A stretch of DNA of 64,000 nucleotides from Vitrella brassicaformis CCMP3155 (Eukaryota; Protista; Chromerida), in the NCBI GenBank assembly GCA_001179505.1, contig CDMY01000236.1:1-64000 (forward strand), written 5' to 3'. The notes below the pieces were generated by a model that ran no database searches, was not told where the DNA came from, and saw nothing but the letters and a program-made list of their open reading frames with translations. The position numbers and the translations under genes are program-made. Of this stretch, positions 12,901-24,440 are shown piece after piece. The stretch's first letter is position 1. Each line of letters begins with the position of its first letter.

Positions 12901-15900
12901 CGGCGCCGATCTGTTTGCGGGTCAGCAGCACGACGCGGGGCATCTGACGCTGAGCCCTGTGCACAGTGAGGGCGGTCTGCAGGAGCTTGACAGCTCCACA
13001 GATAACTGCAATGGGGTCAGTGGCATAGGCGTCGTTGACGGCTGCAGCGTAGACGATCTGAGATGCCGTATGCGCCGACAGCAGTGATTCAGAAACCTCA
13101 TCCGCAGCCGCAAATGTAGTTCCCTCTCCCAGTGCCCCCGTGAAGATGCGTTGCTGGTCATCTGACGCACCGACCACCAGCGTGTCAGCGGCAGTGGCCT
13201 TGTCGGTCTCCCCGCCTGACGGAACCCATTCGATCTCCCACAGGGAGGGCAGCGCTGCCTCTGTCTTGTTTGGCCTTCTTGAGAAGTCGACCTCCCTCAG
13301 CTGGAGGCCGCTCATGTGCAGGGCAAGATGGCCGCTTGCCGTCCTCAGGGTGACGTCCACCTGCGCCCCTGTCCCCTCTCGCGTTTTGAGGAAGAGATGA
13401 GCCCAGAGCTCTGTCACACCCACGCACGACCGCGGCCGTCTCCCATACGTCATCCTCCGAACGCCCACAGGCACCATGGCCTTGGTGAACGGTGCCCCTT
13501 CCTGTGTGGCCTGCTGCAGCAGCATGGCTGCCCCGTGCATGGCGCCGTCCACCAGGGCAGGGTGGTAGCCGAACCCCTTCTCGAAGTCCTGGAGCTTGGC
13601 CACGCTGACACGCACAAGGGCCTCACCCGCTCCCATCCGGACGCTCTGCAGCGTCTGGAATCGGGGGCCGTACTCCAGGCCGATCTTTTTGAGAGATGCG
13701 TAGAGGTCCTCCGATGCGGCAGATGATCCCTCGAGCGGTTCGGGGAGCCGCTTCTGCAGCGTTGCCAGCCAGTCTTCCTCATCGATCGCCGGGCTGCCCG
13801 CCGTCGGTGTGTGGCCCTCCCAGGGGATCGCGCGCGCCGTCACGTGTGTGTGGTGTGGTTGGGGCTGGTCGCCGCTGTCACCGCTCTCCTGACTCCACAG
13901 AGTGGTCACTCCTTCTTCGTCAATGGTGCACCCGAACACAGGCCGTTGGTCGCTTGCTGTGTCGATTGTCATGGGGACCTCAAAGCTGACGTCTTCGCAG
14001 ACGAGCTCCTGGTTCTCCACCGGCACATTCTTCTTCTGCCACTGAAGCATGGCAATGCCCAGAGCGTCGAGATAGGCAGCGGCCGGGACGACGGCCATGC
14101 CTTGCACAACATGGTCACCGAAGAGGGCCAGGGCGCTGCGGGAGAGGGTGCGGGTCGACTCCAGCTCATCCCCCTCCGATGCGTCCTTGCCGACGAGGGG
14201 ATGCGGCACGTCCACCCAGGGAAATGCACGCCGGGTGAATGTCACAGGGGGCCGCACGTCGCTGCCGTCCGACCCCTCCAGGATCACGTGCGCATTGGTG
14301 CCGCCGAAGCCGAAAGAGGAGACACCTCCGTATATGGCCCCGTTGTTGTCTGCCAGCCTCACAGGCTCCGAGGGGAAGACTATGGGGACGTCGCTGACTG
14401 CGATGTGGGGGTTGAGGGCCGAGAAGTGGAGGTTGGGCGGGGCGGTCTTGTTGCGCAACACAAGAATGACCTTGAGCAGGCCGGCGATGCCCGCCGCCCC
14501 CTCCAAGTGGCCGATGTTGGTCTTGAGTGCGCCCATGACGAGTGGTCTGTGTGAGGTCCTGCCCCTGCCCAGCACCGCCCGGATGGCCCCCACCTCAATC
14601 GGATCACCGAGACTCGTTCCCGTACCGTGCGTCTCGATGTAGCCGAGCGCATCATACGATATGCCTGAATAAAGCCAGCGACAACACACAGCCAGCAGAA
14701 GGGAAAGAGGTGTGATCGACCAGCATGGCATGCCTCATTCATTCATCTCTCTGTCTTCTGTCTGACTGCCTGACTGACTGACAGACTGACTGACTGACNN
14801 NNNNNNNNNNNNNNNNNNNNNNNNNNNNNNNNNNNNNNNNNNNNNNNNNNNNNNNNNNNNNNNNNNNNNNNNNNNNNNNNNNNNNNNNNNNNNNNNNNNN
14901 NNNNNNNNNNNNNNNNNNNNNNNNNNNNNNNNNNNNNNNNNNNNNNNNNNNNNNNNNNNNNNNNNNNNNNNNNNNNNNNNNNNNNNNNNNNNNNNNNNNN
15001 NNNNNNNNNNNNNNNNNNNNNNNNNNNNNNNNNNNNNNNNNNNNNNNNNNNNNNNNNNNNNNNNNNNNNNNNNNNNNNNNNNNNNNNNNNNNNNNNNNGA
15101 GCCTGACGCCCAGCTCTGAGGGAAGGAGGAAGGGAGGGAGGGACACAAGAGAGAGAGAGAAGAAGAGAGAGAGACGATGAGCATCCATTCATGCAAGGAG
15201 TCGTTGGTGCAGGCTTACTGTTGGACAAGGCGTTGCGGAACTCGACGGCTCCCAGCGAGTCGATGCCCAGCTCCTGCAACGGCGCGTCGAGAGATGGTAT
15301 CTCCGATGCTCCCAGCACTTCCAAGGCCGCCTGCGTCACTGTCTCGTTGACAAATGTTCGGATCTCTTCTTTCGTCAGTCCTTGCAGGTTGGGACCGTCG
15401 CTTGTGCGATTCGCACTTGTGGAGACGCCAAGGGCGACGTTGGAGAAGAATGGGGGTGTGGCAAGGCCATCATGCCGTGCTGAGACGAAGACCGGCCAGT
15501 GCACAGCTTGACAAGCCACAACTGGCGTCAGATTGCTCCGGAGGACGTCACCGAGGACTCGCAGCCCAAGATCATTCGTGACACCGGAGAGCCCCACCTT
15601 TCTGAGACGTTTGCTAAGGCCGGCAGCCATTCCCTGGTCCGTCCAGGGGCCCCACTGGATGGATACGCCGCTCAAGCCGCGGCAACGACGATGTACTGCG
15701 AGGCCATCCAAGCAAGCGTTGGCCGCCGCGTAATTGGTTTGTCCGAAGTTGCCCCACAAGGACGCGACGGAAGAGAACAAGACGAACGCATCGAGCCCGT
15801 CGTCTGCGTGCGCGGCAGCTCCTCTCCTCGCCATCATGGTGTGATGGAGGTGCCACGCTCCGTCAACCTTGGGCTTGAAGACGGCTTCCACGCCTTCCCT

Positions 15901-18900
15901 GGTCTGGCTCTCTAGAGTGGCGTCAACGAGCACTCCAGCAGCATGAATGACGGCCTTGACGGGAGGCAGTCCCTCCTCGTCCAGTTCCCTCACAAGCCTT
16001 TGGCACTCGGAAATGTCGCCCACGTCACAAGCGAAAGGCACAACCCCGCCAACAGCCACCAGTCTCTTCCACAGAGGACTCCGCTCCGAGTCAGTACTTG
16101 GTTTGCCCTTTCGAGAGGCGAGCACCATCGTCTTGGCGCCCTCAGAAACAAGCCAGTTGGCAACAACGAGACCGAGGCCCCCGAGGCCTCCTGTCACAAG
16201 GAAGGTGCCCTGCTGAGGCTCCCCAAAGGAGGTCGGAACCTTTAGGACGACTTTCCCCAAGTGTGCGGCTCGCTGCATGAAGCGGAAGGCTGCCAGTCCG
16301 CCTGTTCTGTGATCTTCGCTCGTCATGTCGAAGGAATGGAAGGGCGGAGATGTGATGAAGCCTTCCTCAATGAGGGAATGTATCCGCCGAAGCATCCCTC
16401 CCAGCCATTGCGGGTCGCTCTCCACCATGTGGTCGATAGCGATGGCCTCGTAAGTCACATCGGGACGACAGCGACGCATCTGGGCGGGACTGTAGATGCC
16501 GCGCTTCCCCAGCTCCATGAACCGGCCACCGTGGCCAAGCAGCCGAAGCGACGCCTCGAGCATCGCACCAGGCAGCGAGTTGAGGACAACGTCCACCTTG
16601 CTGCCATCCAGGAATGTGTCCATGTCACTCTCGAAAACGGCGGCGTCGCGTGAGCTCGTGACAAACTCTACCCCAAGGGAGTGGACGAAAGCTCTCTTGT
16701 GAGAACTTCCGACTGTTCCGTACACAGTCGCTCCGACTTGTCTGCAGAACTGGACGGCGGCGAATCCCACGCCTCCGGATGCGGCATGGATGAGCACGCG
16801 ATCTCCGCTCCGCACTTGAGCGATATCACGCAGTGCCACCTCGACGGTGATACTGACAGCAGGAATGCTGGCTGCCGCGGTGAAATCGAGGCCAGCAGGC
16901 TTCCGCACGAGGAAGTCGCAGGGCGTCTTGACGAAAGTTTGGAAGCAGCCCGGCGCAATGCCAAAGACGTCATCTCCGACCTTGAGTGTTGCCTCTGTGT
17001 CGGAGCCCAGTGTCACCACAGTTCCCGAAACGTCCAGTCCAGGTGCTCCTGAATACACATCACACATGAATCAGGACAGACAGATGATGAGGGAATGAGG
17101 GAGGCGTTTTGCGTATTTCGAGTGGCCATTTCGTGATTACCTGGATTTCCCGGGTAGAGACCCATGACGTTGATCACATCTCGGAAGTTCAAGGCGGCGG
17201 CTCTGACGCGAAGAATGCACTCGTTGGGAAGAAGGGCACTGGTATCGCTCGTGGTAAGAAATGGGTAGGGACTGGGGCGCAGCTTCAGGTTCGCGATGGC
17301 CCCGCGCTCGGTCATGTGTAGCTCCCGTGCGCCTCCCACAGCCAATGCACTCCGCGCCAGACGAGCTCCGAGGATCTCGCCGCCTCGAAGAGCCATCTCT
17401 GGCTCCAGGTGCTCTTCCATCGCAACTGCCGGCTCCAGCTGCTCCACGACGGACAGGGTAGAGGATGGATCCAGGTCGATACAAGAGATTGGCACTGCCG
17501 CTCCAATCAGGGGCTCAAGCTCAACGCGGGCCGTCCTTGCCGCGCCCCAGATGGCGCTTTGTGACACCGCCGCAGCTGTTGCCAGCCCCTGCTGACCCAA
17601 GGGTACTGACCCGCGGGAAAGGAGGTACAAGGGCGGCAGGCGACCTCGCGATGATCCTTCCCCTCCGGAGGGTAGGGGAGAGCCTCGTGCCAATTTCCCG
17701 TAGGCCTGCACGACAATCAGCGCCTCGCAAGCCAGCTCCGTGCTCTCCACAACTTCAGCAAGGGCTCCGAGGTACACGACGGCGCTCCAGATGTCTCGCT
17801 GCAGCAAATGGCCCAGCCCCTCGGCGCCACGACTCCTCAATTCCTCCGACGTGACAGACTCAGGCACACGCCCTTTGTCAGCCCAGGCCCTTGCGGTGTC
17901 GTGTAGACTACCTGCCGTGCCGCCCAGCAGGAGGATGCTCAACGGTCCAGTATGGTGAATGTCGTCCACCTCGGGCAGCTGGAGATTGTCCAGTTTGACC
18001 CAGTCGACATCCCATAGCAGCTCGCGGGGGATCTTGACAGCATCCACCTGCGTATCCACCTGACGAGCCGACACCTGGTCGAGGTGCGCGATGCACCGCT
18101 TGTCGCTGTCGAAGAGGTGTACAGAGTAGGTGACGTGTGCGGGCTCTGTCCCAGACGCGGACTCTGAACACACAACAGGCAGATCAGGCAGGTGTTCTCT
18201 CGCCATCCGTGCAGCCTCCTTACGTCGCAGCGAGTCCAATATGATGTGTCCCCAGACAGAGTCACTTTCGCGGAGCGGTGACATCGCTCTTATCGAGATG
18301 GACTCCACAGCATAGGGCACCAGAGGGTTGCGAAGCTTCGGCACCTCGCCTTTTCCGTCCAGCACGAAGAGTGCAGCTGCCGACTGGAGGGCTCCGTCGA
18401 GGATGGCAGGGTGCACTCCGAACCCCTGCTCGAATTCCTCCCAGGCCCCTGTGCCGCCCGCTCGTAGCTCGACCAGGACCTCACCGTAAGAGGACTCGCC
18501 ACCGGATGACTCGCCAGGCAATACGTACACTTGGCGTACAGTCTGGAATCGGGGGCCATAATTCAGTCCAGCACCAGCCAGGCACCCGTAAAGAACCGAT
18601 GGCTCTACACGTCTGACGTCTGCCGCTTCTGCCTGCTCTAACAGGTCCTTCAGGCTGACGGTGCCGATCTCGAGTCTCTCGACGTGACGCAGGACACTTC
18701 GCGCGTGTACTCGCGCGTCACCGTCGCCCTCGTCTTCGTCTGATTCGTCCATGTGAGACGATATCGCGAGCTCGATGTCCTGCTGCGAGCCGGACTGTCC
18801 ACTCACTTCAAGCGTTGGCAACTCGCTCGAAGCCGAAAGGATAAGGGGCTGCTGGAACTCGACTCCATCGAGCAGCATGACTCCTGCCTGTGCCAGAGCA

Positions 18901-19665
18901 GCGGTTGCCGATGCCGTGAAGATTTCGATGAAGCCCGCTGCCGGCATGATGGGGCGCCCGGATACGGCATGGTCTTCGAGTAGTTGACCGACATCGCGTC
19001 TGAGACGTCCGACTGCTCGCCATCTGCTCTTGCCCATGTTGTGGACACGGAGTGTGAAGGGGTTGAGTGGCGGCTTCCAAGGGAATGAAGAGTGCCCCCA
19101 TGTCGGCAGGGGAACAGCAGGCAGTTGGCCGCCATCTGCTTTCACTTCCATGACGATGTGGGCGTTGGCGCCACCGAAGCCAAAGGAGCTGACGCCGCCT
19201 ATGAAGGTAGAGCTTTGATCATCCGACGGGACCAGGGGCGTGGCTTCACAGGGGTAGATGGCGTGGAAATCCTCATCCATGTCAATGTGGGGGTTTAGCA
19301 CCCTCAGGTGCAGGTTGGGCGTCGACACACCGTGGTGTAGCGTCAGCAGCAGCTTGATGAACCCCGATATGCCGGATGAACCTTCCAGATGGCCGATGTT
19401 GGTCTTGAGTGCGCCCATGACGAGTGGTCTGTGTGAGGTCCTGCCCCTGCCCAGCACCGCCCGGATGGCCCCCACCTCAATCGGATCACCGAGACTCGTT
19501 CCCGTACCGTGCGTCTCGATGTAGCCGAGCGCATCATACGATATGCCTGAATAAAGCCAGCGACAACACACAGCCAGCAGAAGGGAAAGAGGTGTGATCG
19601 ACCAGCATGGCATGCCTCATTCATTCATCTCTCTGTCTTCTGTCTGACTGCCTGACTGACTGACA

Positions 19666-19696
<31 letters not shown>

Positions 19697-22600
19697 CTGC
19701 ATCCTCGATGGCCTCAGCGAGAACTTGCTCCTGCGCAGGGCCGCTTGGAGCAGTGAGGCTAGCAGCGCGGCCACCATGGTTCACTGCTGAGCCGCGAATC
19801 CGCGCCAGTGGCTGTGCGTCGGTTACTCCTTCACTGTCGCTCTGTGCTGCCGCCTTGAGTACGATGGCAGCGCACCCTTCACCTCTCACATATCCATCAG
19901 CCGTGGCGTCGAAGGTCTTGCACCTCGCGTCCCTCGCCATCATGCCGGCACGGCAGAAGGCGGCCGTCACCTTGGGCGACATCATGAGGTTGACGCCCGA
20001 GGCCACTGCAGCCGAGCAGATGCCCTTCTGCAGGTACTTGACGGCGACGTCGACGGCCACGAGGGAGGACGAGCAGGCCGTGTCGAGTGTGAGGCTGGGG
20101 CCCTGGATGCCGAGCAAGTAGGACGATCGGTTGGCGATGATGGATGGCGCATTGGAGGTGGCCGAGTAGCTGCTGACGGAAGCAGCTGTTGCGTCCATGA
20201 TGTAGGACCACTCGTTGCAGCAGCACCCCACAAAGACACCGATGCGCTGCCTCACCAGAGCTGCCCGCTCGAAGCCCGCCTCGTGCAGCGCGCTGTAGCT
20301 GACCTCCAGCAGGAGACGCTGCTGTGGGTCCATGGTCCTCGCCTCGCTCTCGGCGATCTTAAAGAAGGACGAGTCGAAGAGCTCTGCGTCCCGAATGAAG
20401 CCTCCCTCCTTGATATGCATCTTGGTCTCGCCCCTCGCCTCGGGATTGGGGTCGTACCACTCGTCCGCATCCCACCGCGTCGGCGGCACCTCCACAATCG
20501 CATCATGACCTCCCACCACCATGCGCCACATGTCGCCAAGGCTCTCCACGTCACCCGGCAGTCGACACGCAGCGCCCATCACAAGCACCGATCCAGCTGA
20601 TGCATCCGGTGCATCGGAGACCCTCTGCAGGGTCCTCGATGACGACAGAAATGCCGACGAGTTGGTCATGAGTTCCACCAGATGGTCGCAGATGGCGCTG
20701 AGGGTGGGGTGGTTGAAGATGAGCGTCGTTTCCAGGTTGGGCAGGTTCAGACGGCTTGCAACCAGATCAGTGAACTCCACGGCGCCGATCGAGTCCACGC
20801 CCAGCTCAAGCAAGGAGGCGTCCATCTCAGGCACACGACCGTCGCCGAGAACGGCCTCAGCGCTTTCAATCAGCACTCTCAGCACCTCCTCGCGATCGAC
20901 GGCTGTCGGGGGCTGCTGCTGCTGGGGTGGGGAGTCTGGGGGCCGCGGGGACTTGACCTCTGCGATGGAAGGGGTCGGCAGTCGCGTGGACGTGTCCACA
21001 GGAGCAGGTGGGCCCACGACCGCCCGAGGCTCCTTGACGCGAGATGCTTGTGCCTCGGATGACGTGAGGCGTGCCACCTCGCTCATGTTGACTGTAAGCA
21101 GGACGCCTGCCTGCTCGCCGCTCTCGATCAGGCTCTTGGTCTTCTGTCGCTGTATCTTGCCACTGGTGGTCTTGAGGATGCTCCTGGGCTTGAGCAGAGA
21201 CACACGGTGGACAGGGATGCCCAGTTTGGACGTGACGCTGCCGCCGATCTGCTGTGCGAGTGCCTTGAGCACCTCCTCCTCACAGACCCGGCGATCTTGG
21301 CCCAGACCCAGACGCCGCCCCAGCCATCCCAAAGAGGTGCGCTGCGGCCTGGAGGGGTCGGCCATGCAGCTGTCGACACGCTCGGCGAGCTTCTCGGGCT
21401 TGATCTCGACGGCAACGCCGATCGTTTCGTTGCCGTCGGCCTCCATGGCGAATGCGGCTGTGGAGCCTGGTCGGACCACATCGATGTGTGACTCGATCTC
21501 CTCCTCCACATCCTGCAACCAGCGACACGACACACAGAAGGCAAGGCAACACAGCACAGCACACACACGTGACACACAGGTCAGTCAGTCAGTCAGTCAT
21601 GTGAAGGATGGTCGTGGGTAGCTGGCTAGGTAGGTATGCACCTGTGGGTAGTAGTTGCGTCCCCTGATGACGATCATGTCTTTGATTCTGCCGGCGATGA
21701 AGAGCTCCCCCTGATACATGAAGCCCCTGTCGCCGGTCTTCATGAAGGAGAGGCCCTCGGTCTCCTCGTCAAGCTCCGGTGAGCCGTCACCATCCCTCCT
21801 CGGCGCCAGCTGCGCATGGAAGATCTCTTGGGTGACCGCCTGCTGCTCGAAGTATCCCATGGCGGTGCTGCCAGACTTGACCCACACCTCGCCCACACGG
21901 CAGTCGGGCAAGGGACGTCTCGTCTCGGGATCTACTATCACAACTGATAGACACAACACAACACACGACACGACCCAGCCACACAGACAGAAGGAAAGAA
22001 GCGATGAGAGCCAGTCCGTGGTGTCTGTCTGTCCCTCCCCCTGTCTGTCTGTCTCTCTGTCTCTCTGTGTCTGTGGTGGTGGTGTGGGTAGATACCAGCG
22101 ACTCCTGCGTATGGGACGCCGCAGCCGACGAGCCGCCTGAAGCCGTCTGACTCGTCCTGGCTGCTCTTGCCATCCTCCCGCAACCCCCGCCACTGGTCGC
22201 GAACCTCAATGATGCCCTGATTGACACACACATCCAGTACGCGTAATCATCATTATGAGCGGTGAGTCAAGCGATCACGCCCCCCGCCCCCCCCTGTCTG
22301 CCTACCGATTCTGTCATTCTGTCGATGTTGACTTCCAGGACCAGCGGCAGGGTCGTCGAGGTCTTGCGGCCCGTCACAAACAGAGTGTTCTCAGCGAGGC
22401 CGTACGCCGGCAGAAAAGCACTGCGGCGGAGACCTCGAGGCTCAAATTTCTGCCGTATGAATGAATGACACACACACGCAGTGAGATGAATGAACCAACA
22501 GTGCGACGCGATGGGACGGTGAGTGGCTGACTTACCTTGATGAATCGTTCGACAGTGGTGTATCTGATGGGCTCAGCGCCACAAAGGAAGCCCACGACCT

Positions 22601-23896
22601 TGCTGAGGTCGAGCTTCCGCCACACGTCGTCAGGCATTTTCCGCGCAACGAGCTCGAAGCCGAAATTCGGCGACGCGCAGCCGACGGCCTCGTACTTGGT
22701 CATGCACTCGAGCCACAGGTGTGGCTTGCGGATGAAGTCCAGGGGCGACATGGCGTAGATCGTCTGCCCGAAGAACAGAGGCGCCAACAGAAACCCTATC
22801 AGACCTGCAAGGCAACGCAACGCAACGCAACACAACACAACACACACGCACAGACACACATTTGGGCCAGTCGCATCGCATCGCGTAAGTTCCCCGTCCC
22901 TCCCTCCAGTCAGTCAGTCATTGTCCATCTGTGTATCCATCCGTACGTACCCATGTCGTGGTAGACGGGCAGCCAGGAGAACATCCTCATTTCGTGGCCG
23001 AGTGCCCTCCATGAGATGGCCTCGCGGGCCTTGAAGAACTCGTGAAACTGATGGTAGGGGTAGTCGGTTATCGTCATGCTGCACGAGGGGTCCTCGCCCC
23101 TCAAGTCGAAGCCGAACACCGAGGCGCACAGATGGAAGTTGTGCACCAGGTTGCCGTGGGACACCATCACGCCCTTGGGATGACTCGTCGACCCGCTCGT
23201 GAACTGCAGGAATGCCAGGTCATTCGACCGCAGTGAGGGGGGGCTGAACGACGAAGACGCGGTTGCCGCGTCGGTCGACCGCCGACCGATGGTGTCAGTG
23301 GTGGTCCATCTGATGGACTTCCATGTGGGATCTGATGCCGCCGCTGCCGTCCAGCTGAGCGCCTGGACGATGCGGTGATACATGCTGTTGGTGAGGGTGG
23401 CCTTGGCCTCGGTGGTGGCGGCAATCTTGCTCAGCCGGGGGATGTCGGTGGCCGCCTTGTTGGGGTCCGGCGGGTAGACGGGGACGGCCACGATGCCCGC
23501 ATAGAGGCAGCCGATGAAGGCCACGGGGAAGTCCACACCCGGCGGGTAACACAGCACCGCCCGGTCCCCAACCGCCAGGCCAATTGAGTGCGTCAGATGA
23601 TGCGCGATGACCTTGGCCCGCTCGTGCAGCTCGCCAAAGGTCAGCTTGCTGGCCACCTTGCCGTCACTGCCGAGCCAGTTGAGTGCGGGTTTGTCTGGCC
23701 GCTCCTCGGCCAGCTCGTCCAAGCAGGCGTAGATGGCATGCTGGCCTCTCCGCCGCTTGCAGTAGAACCGGAACAGATCGCTGGCCGACGCGGGCGCCAC
23801 TCCCAAATCATCTTCCCCATCCCACGGCGACTCACACGACTCGCTCCGCCGCCTGCCCGGGCGGTGAGCCGTCGACTGGCTGTGCTGCGGATCCAT
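1..23896 (-). CDS. Giant multi-exon modular type I polyketide synthase (5' part; continues beyond position 1)
   Basis: Exons joined manually at GT-AG sites, all in frame: 23896-22951, 22804-22536, 22449-22306, 22216-22096, 21943-21642, 21512-19697, 19546-17141, 17048-15219, [gap], 14664-11108, 11006-7118, 7021-<1. The last exon is an open frame with no stop before the window edge, so it is absent from the ORF track. It shows KS (DTACSSS, HGTGT, KTNIGHLE), AT (GQGSQ, GHSLG, HAFHS), DH, ER (LIHAAxGGVG), KR and ACP (LGxDSxGA) motifs. Confidence 0.95.
1110..10380 (-). other. PKS module 3: KS-AT(malonyl)-DH-pseudoKR-ER-KR(Y->H)-pseudoKR'-ER remnant-cMT-KR remnant-ACP
   Basis: AT GHSLGEY/HAFHS; DH VADHVVANQLIWPAAGH; ER LIHAATGGVG; KR ITGGLGGLG...GQSNHAAAN; MT EVGAGTG; ACP LGIDSLGAIEF. 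Translated manually from 7021 downward. Confidence 0.88.
2130..2800 (-). other. SAM-dependent C-methyltransferase domain of the PKS
   Basis: ICEVGAGTGATT, YFFTDLG, FDMAIAVNVLHATQDL...LKPGGILIISE, FGLLEGWWRF are classic PKS cMT motifs. Confidence 0.92.
10460..14664 (-). other. PKS module 2: (KS, partial)-DH-(pseudoKR)-ER-KR-ACP, no AT
   Basis: KS C-terminal half (HGTGT, KTNIGHLE, SSFGFGGTNAH) leads directly to DH (LFGDHVVQGMAVVPAAAY; HPALVDGAMH). ER LIHAATGGVG; KR ITGGTGALG/GQSNYSAAN; ACP LGIDSLGAVEF. Confidence 0.9.
14508..14798. repeat. 291-nt perfect direct repeat (copy 1), KS exon plus intron
   Basis: Identical to 19390-19680; the sub-block 14565-14638 is also identical to 1-74. Confidence 0.9.
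14799..15098. other. Assembly gap (exactly 300 N, placeholder)
   Basis: Must hide the end of ACP1 and the N-terminal ~300 aa of KS2, i.e. more than 300 nt. Confidence 0.95.
15219..20590 (-). other. PKS module 1: KS-DH-(pseudoKR)-ER-KR-ACP, no AT
   Basis: KS end (SSFGFGGANAH) is followed within about 55 aa by DH (LLEDHAVSGRPIMPAAG; HPAILDGALQ). ER LIHAASGGVG; KR VTGGLGGLG/GQTNYAAAN; ACP LGIDSLGAVEF cut by an intron at 15218. Confidence 0.9.
19390..19680. repeat. 291-nt perfect direct repeat (copy 2)
   Basis: Identical to 14508-14798, including 134 nt of intron. Confidence 0.9.
20670..20890 (-). other. PKS loading ACP
   Basis: LLELGVDSIGAVEF...LIFNHPTLSAICDHL. Confidence 0.9.
21080..23800 (-). 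other. PKS loading domain: fatty acyl-AMP ligase (FAAL)-type adenylation domain
   Basis: Motifs LAFLQFTSGSTSHPKGVMVSHGNL, FSWLPVYHDMGLIG, FLPAYGLAENTLFV, GEVWVKSGSTAMGYF, MKTGDRGF, GRIKDMIVIRGRNYYPQDVEEEI, LKTTSGKIQRQ. Confidence 0.9.
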
Positions 23897-24137
23897 AGAT
23901 AACGAGATGACCGATTGACTGACTCACCACGCCGAGGACTGCACGATGAGCTGATCTCACACTCCTCCCTCCTCCCTTCCCTTAATTATGCTGCGCCGCA
24001 CACCATCTGCACAGCCGGAGAGATCCGCTATCGTCAGTCAGTCGGCGACCTGCAAGTCTGACAGAGATGCAGCACCGCAACACAGCCGCCTGGAGATTCA
24101 CTTCTCCCGCTCGTCGATCTGACGCTAACGAAGTATC

Positions 24138-24160
24138 AAGCTCGCAATTTCTGCGAGCTT
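24138..24160. promoter_or_regulatory. Palindromic pair of the AAGCTCGCA(G) motif between divergent PKS and ankyrin genes
   Basis: AAGCTCGCA-atttc-TGCGAGCTT; the same 10-mer occurs at 26166, 31064, 31076, 42589 and 49937. Confidence 0.45.
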
Positions 24161-24440
24161 AGACTTTCGATGTTCACTCTCTCTTCCAGGCTTTCCAATG
24201 TTCACTCTCTACTTCCTCTAACACATACATCTGGTCAAATTGGATGCATCTGCGTCCTTCTCCCGTTGGATGCCCTTGGCGTAGGTTCGTCAACGTGACT
24301 GGCTCATTGGAGGTCACGGCGTCTGGAGCCCTTTGTCAGCGCCCAATTATCAGGTACAGCAGGGCGGCACATCACACCAAGTGTGATAGCAACTGACCAT
24401 ATGTTGTGTGTGACTCTGCTGTGCGCAGGACTCGAGCACC

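Noticed and set aside
14735-15196. ORFs reading through N runs (also at 38736-39455 and 43973-44940)
   Set aside because: Artefacts of translating gaps.
19600-19696. (CTGA)n/(CAGA)n and similar short tandem arrays as a CRISPR-like or coding repeat
   Set aside because: Simple intronic microsatellites without spacers; found in most introns.
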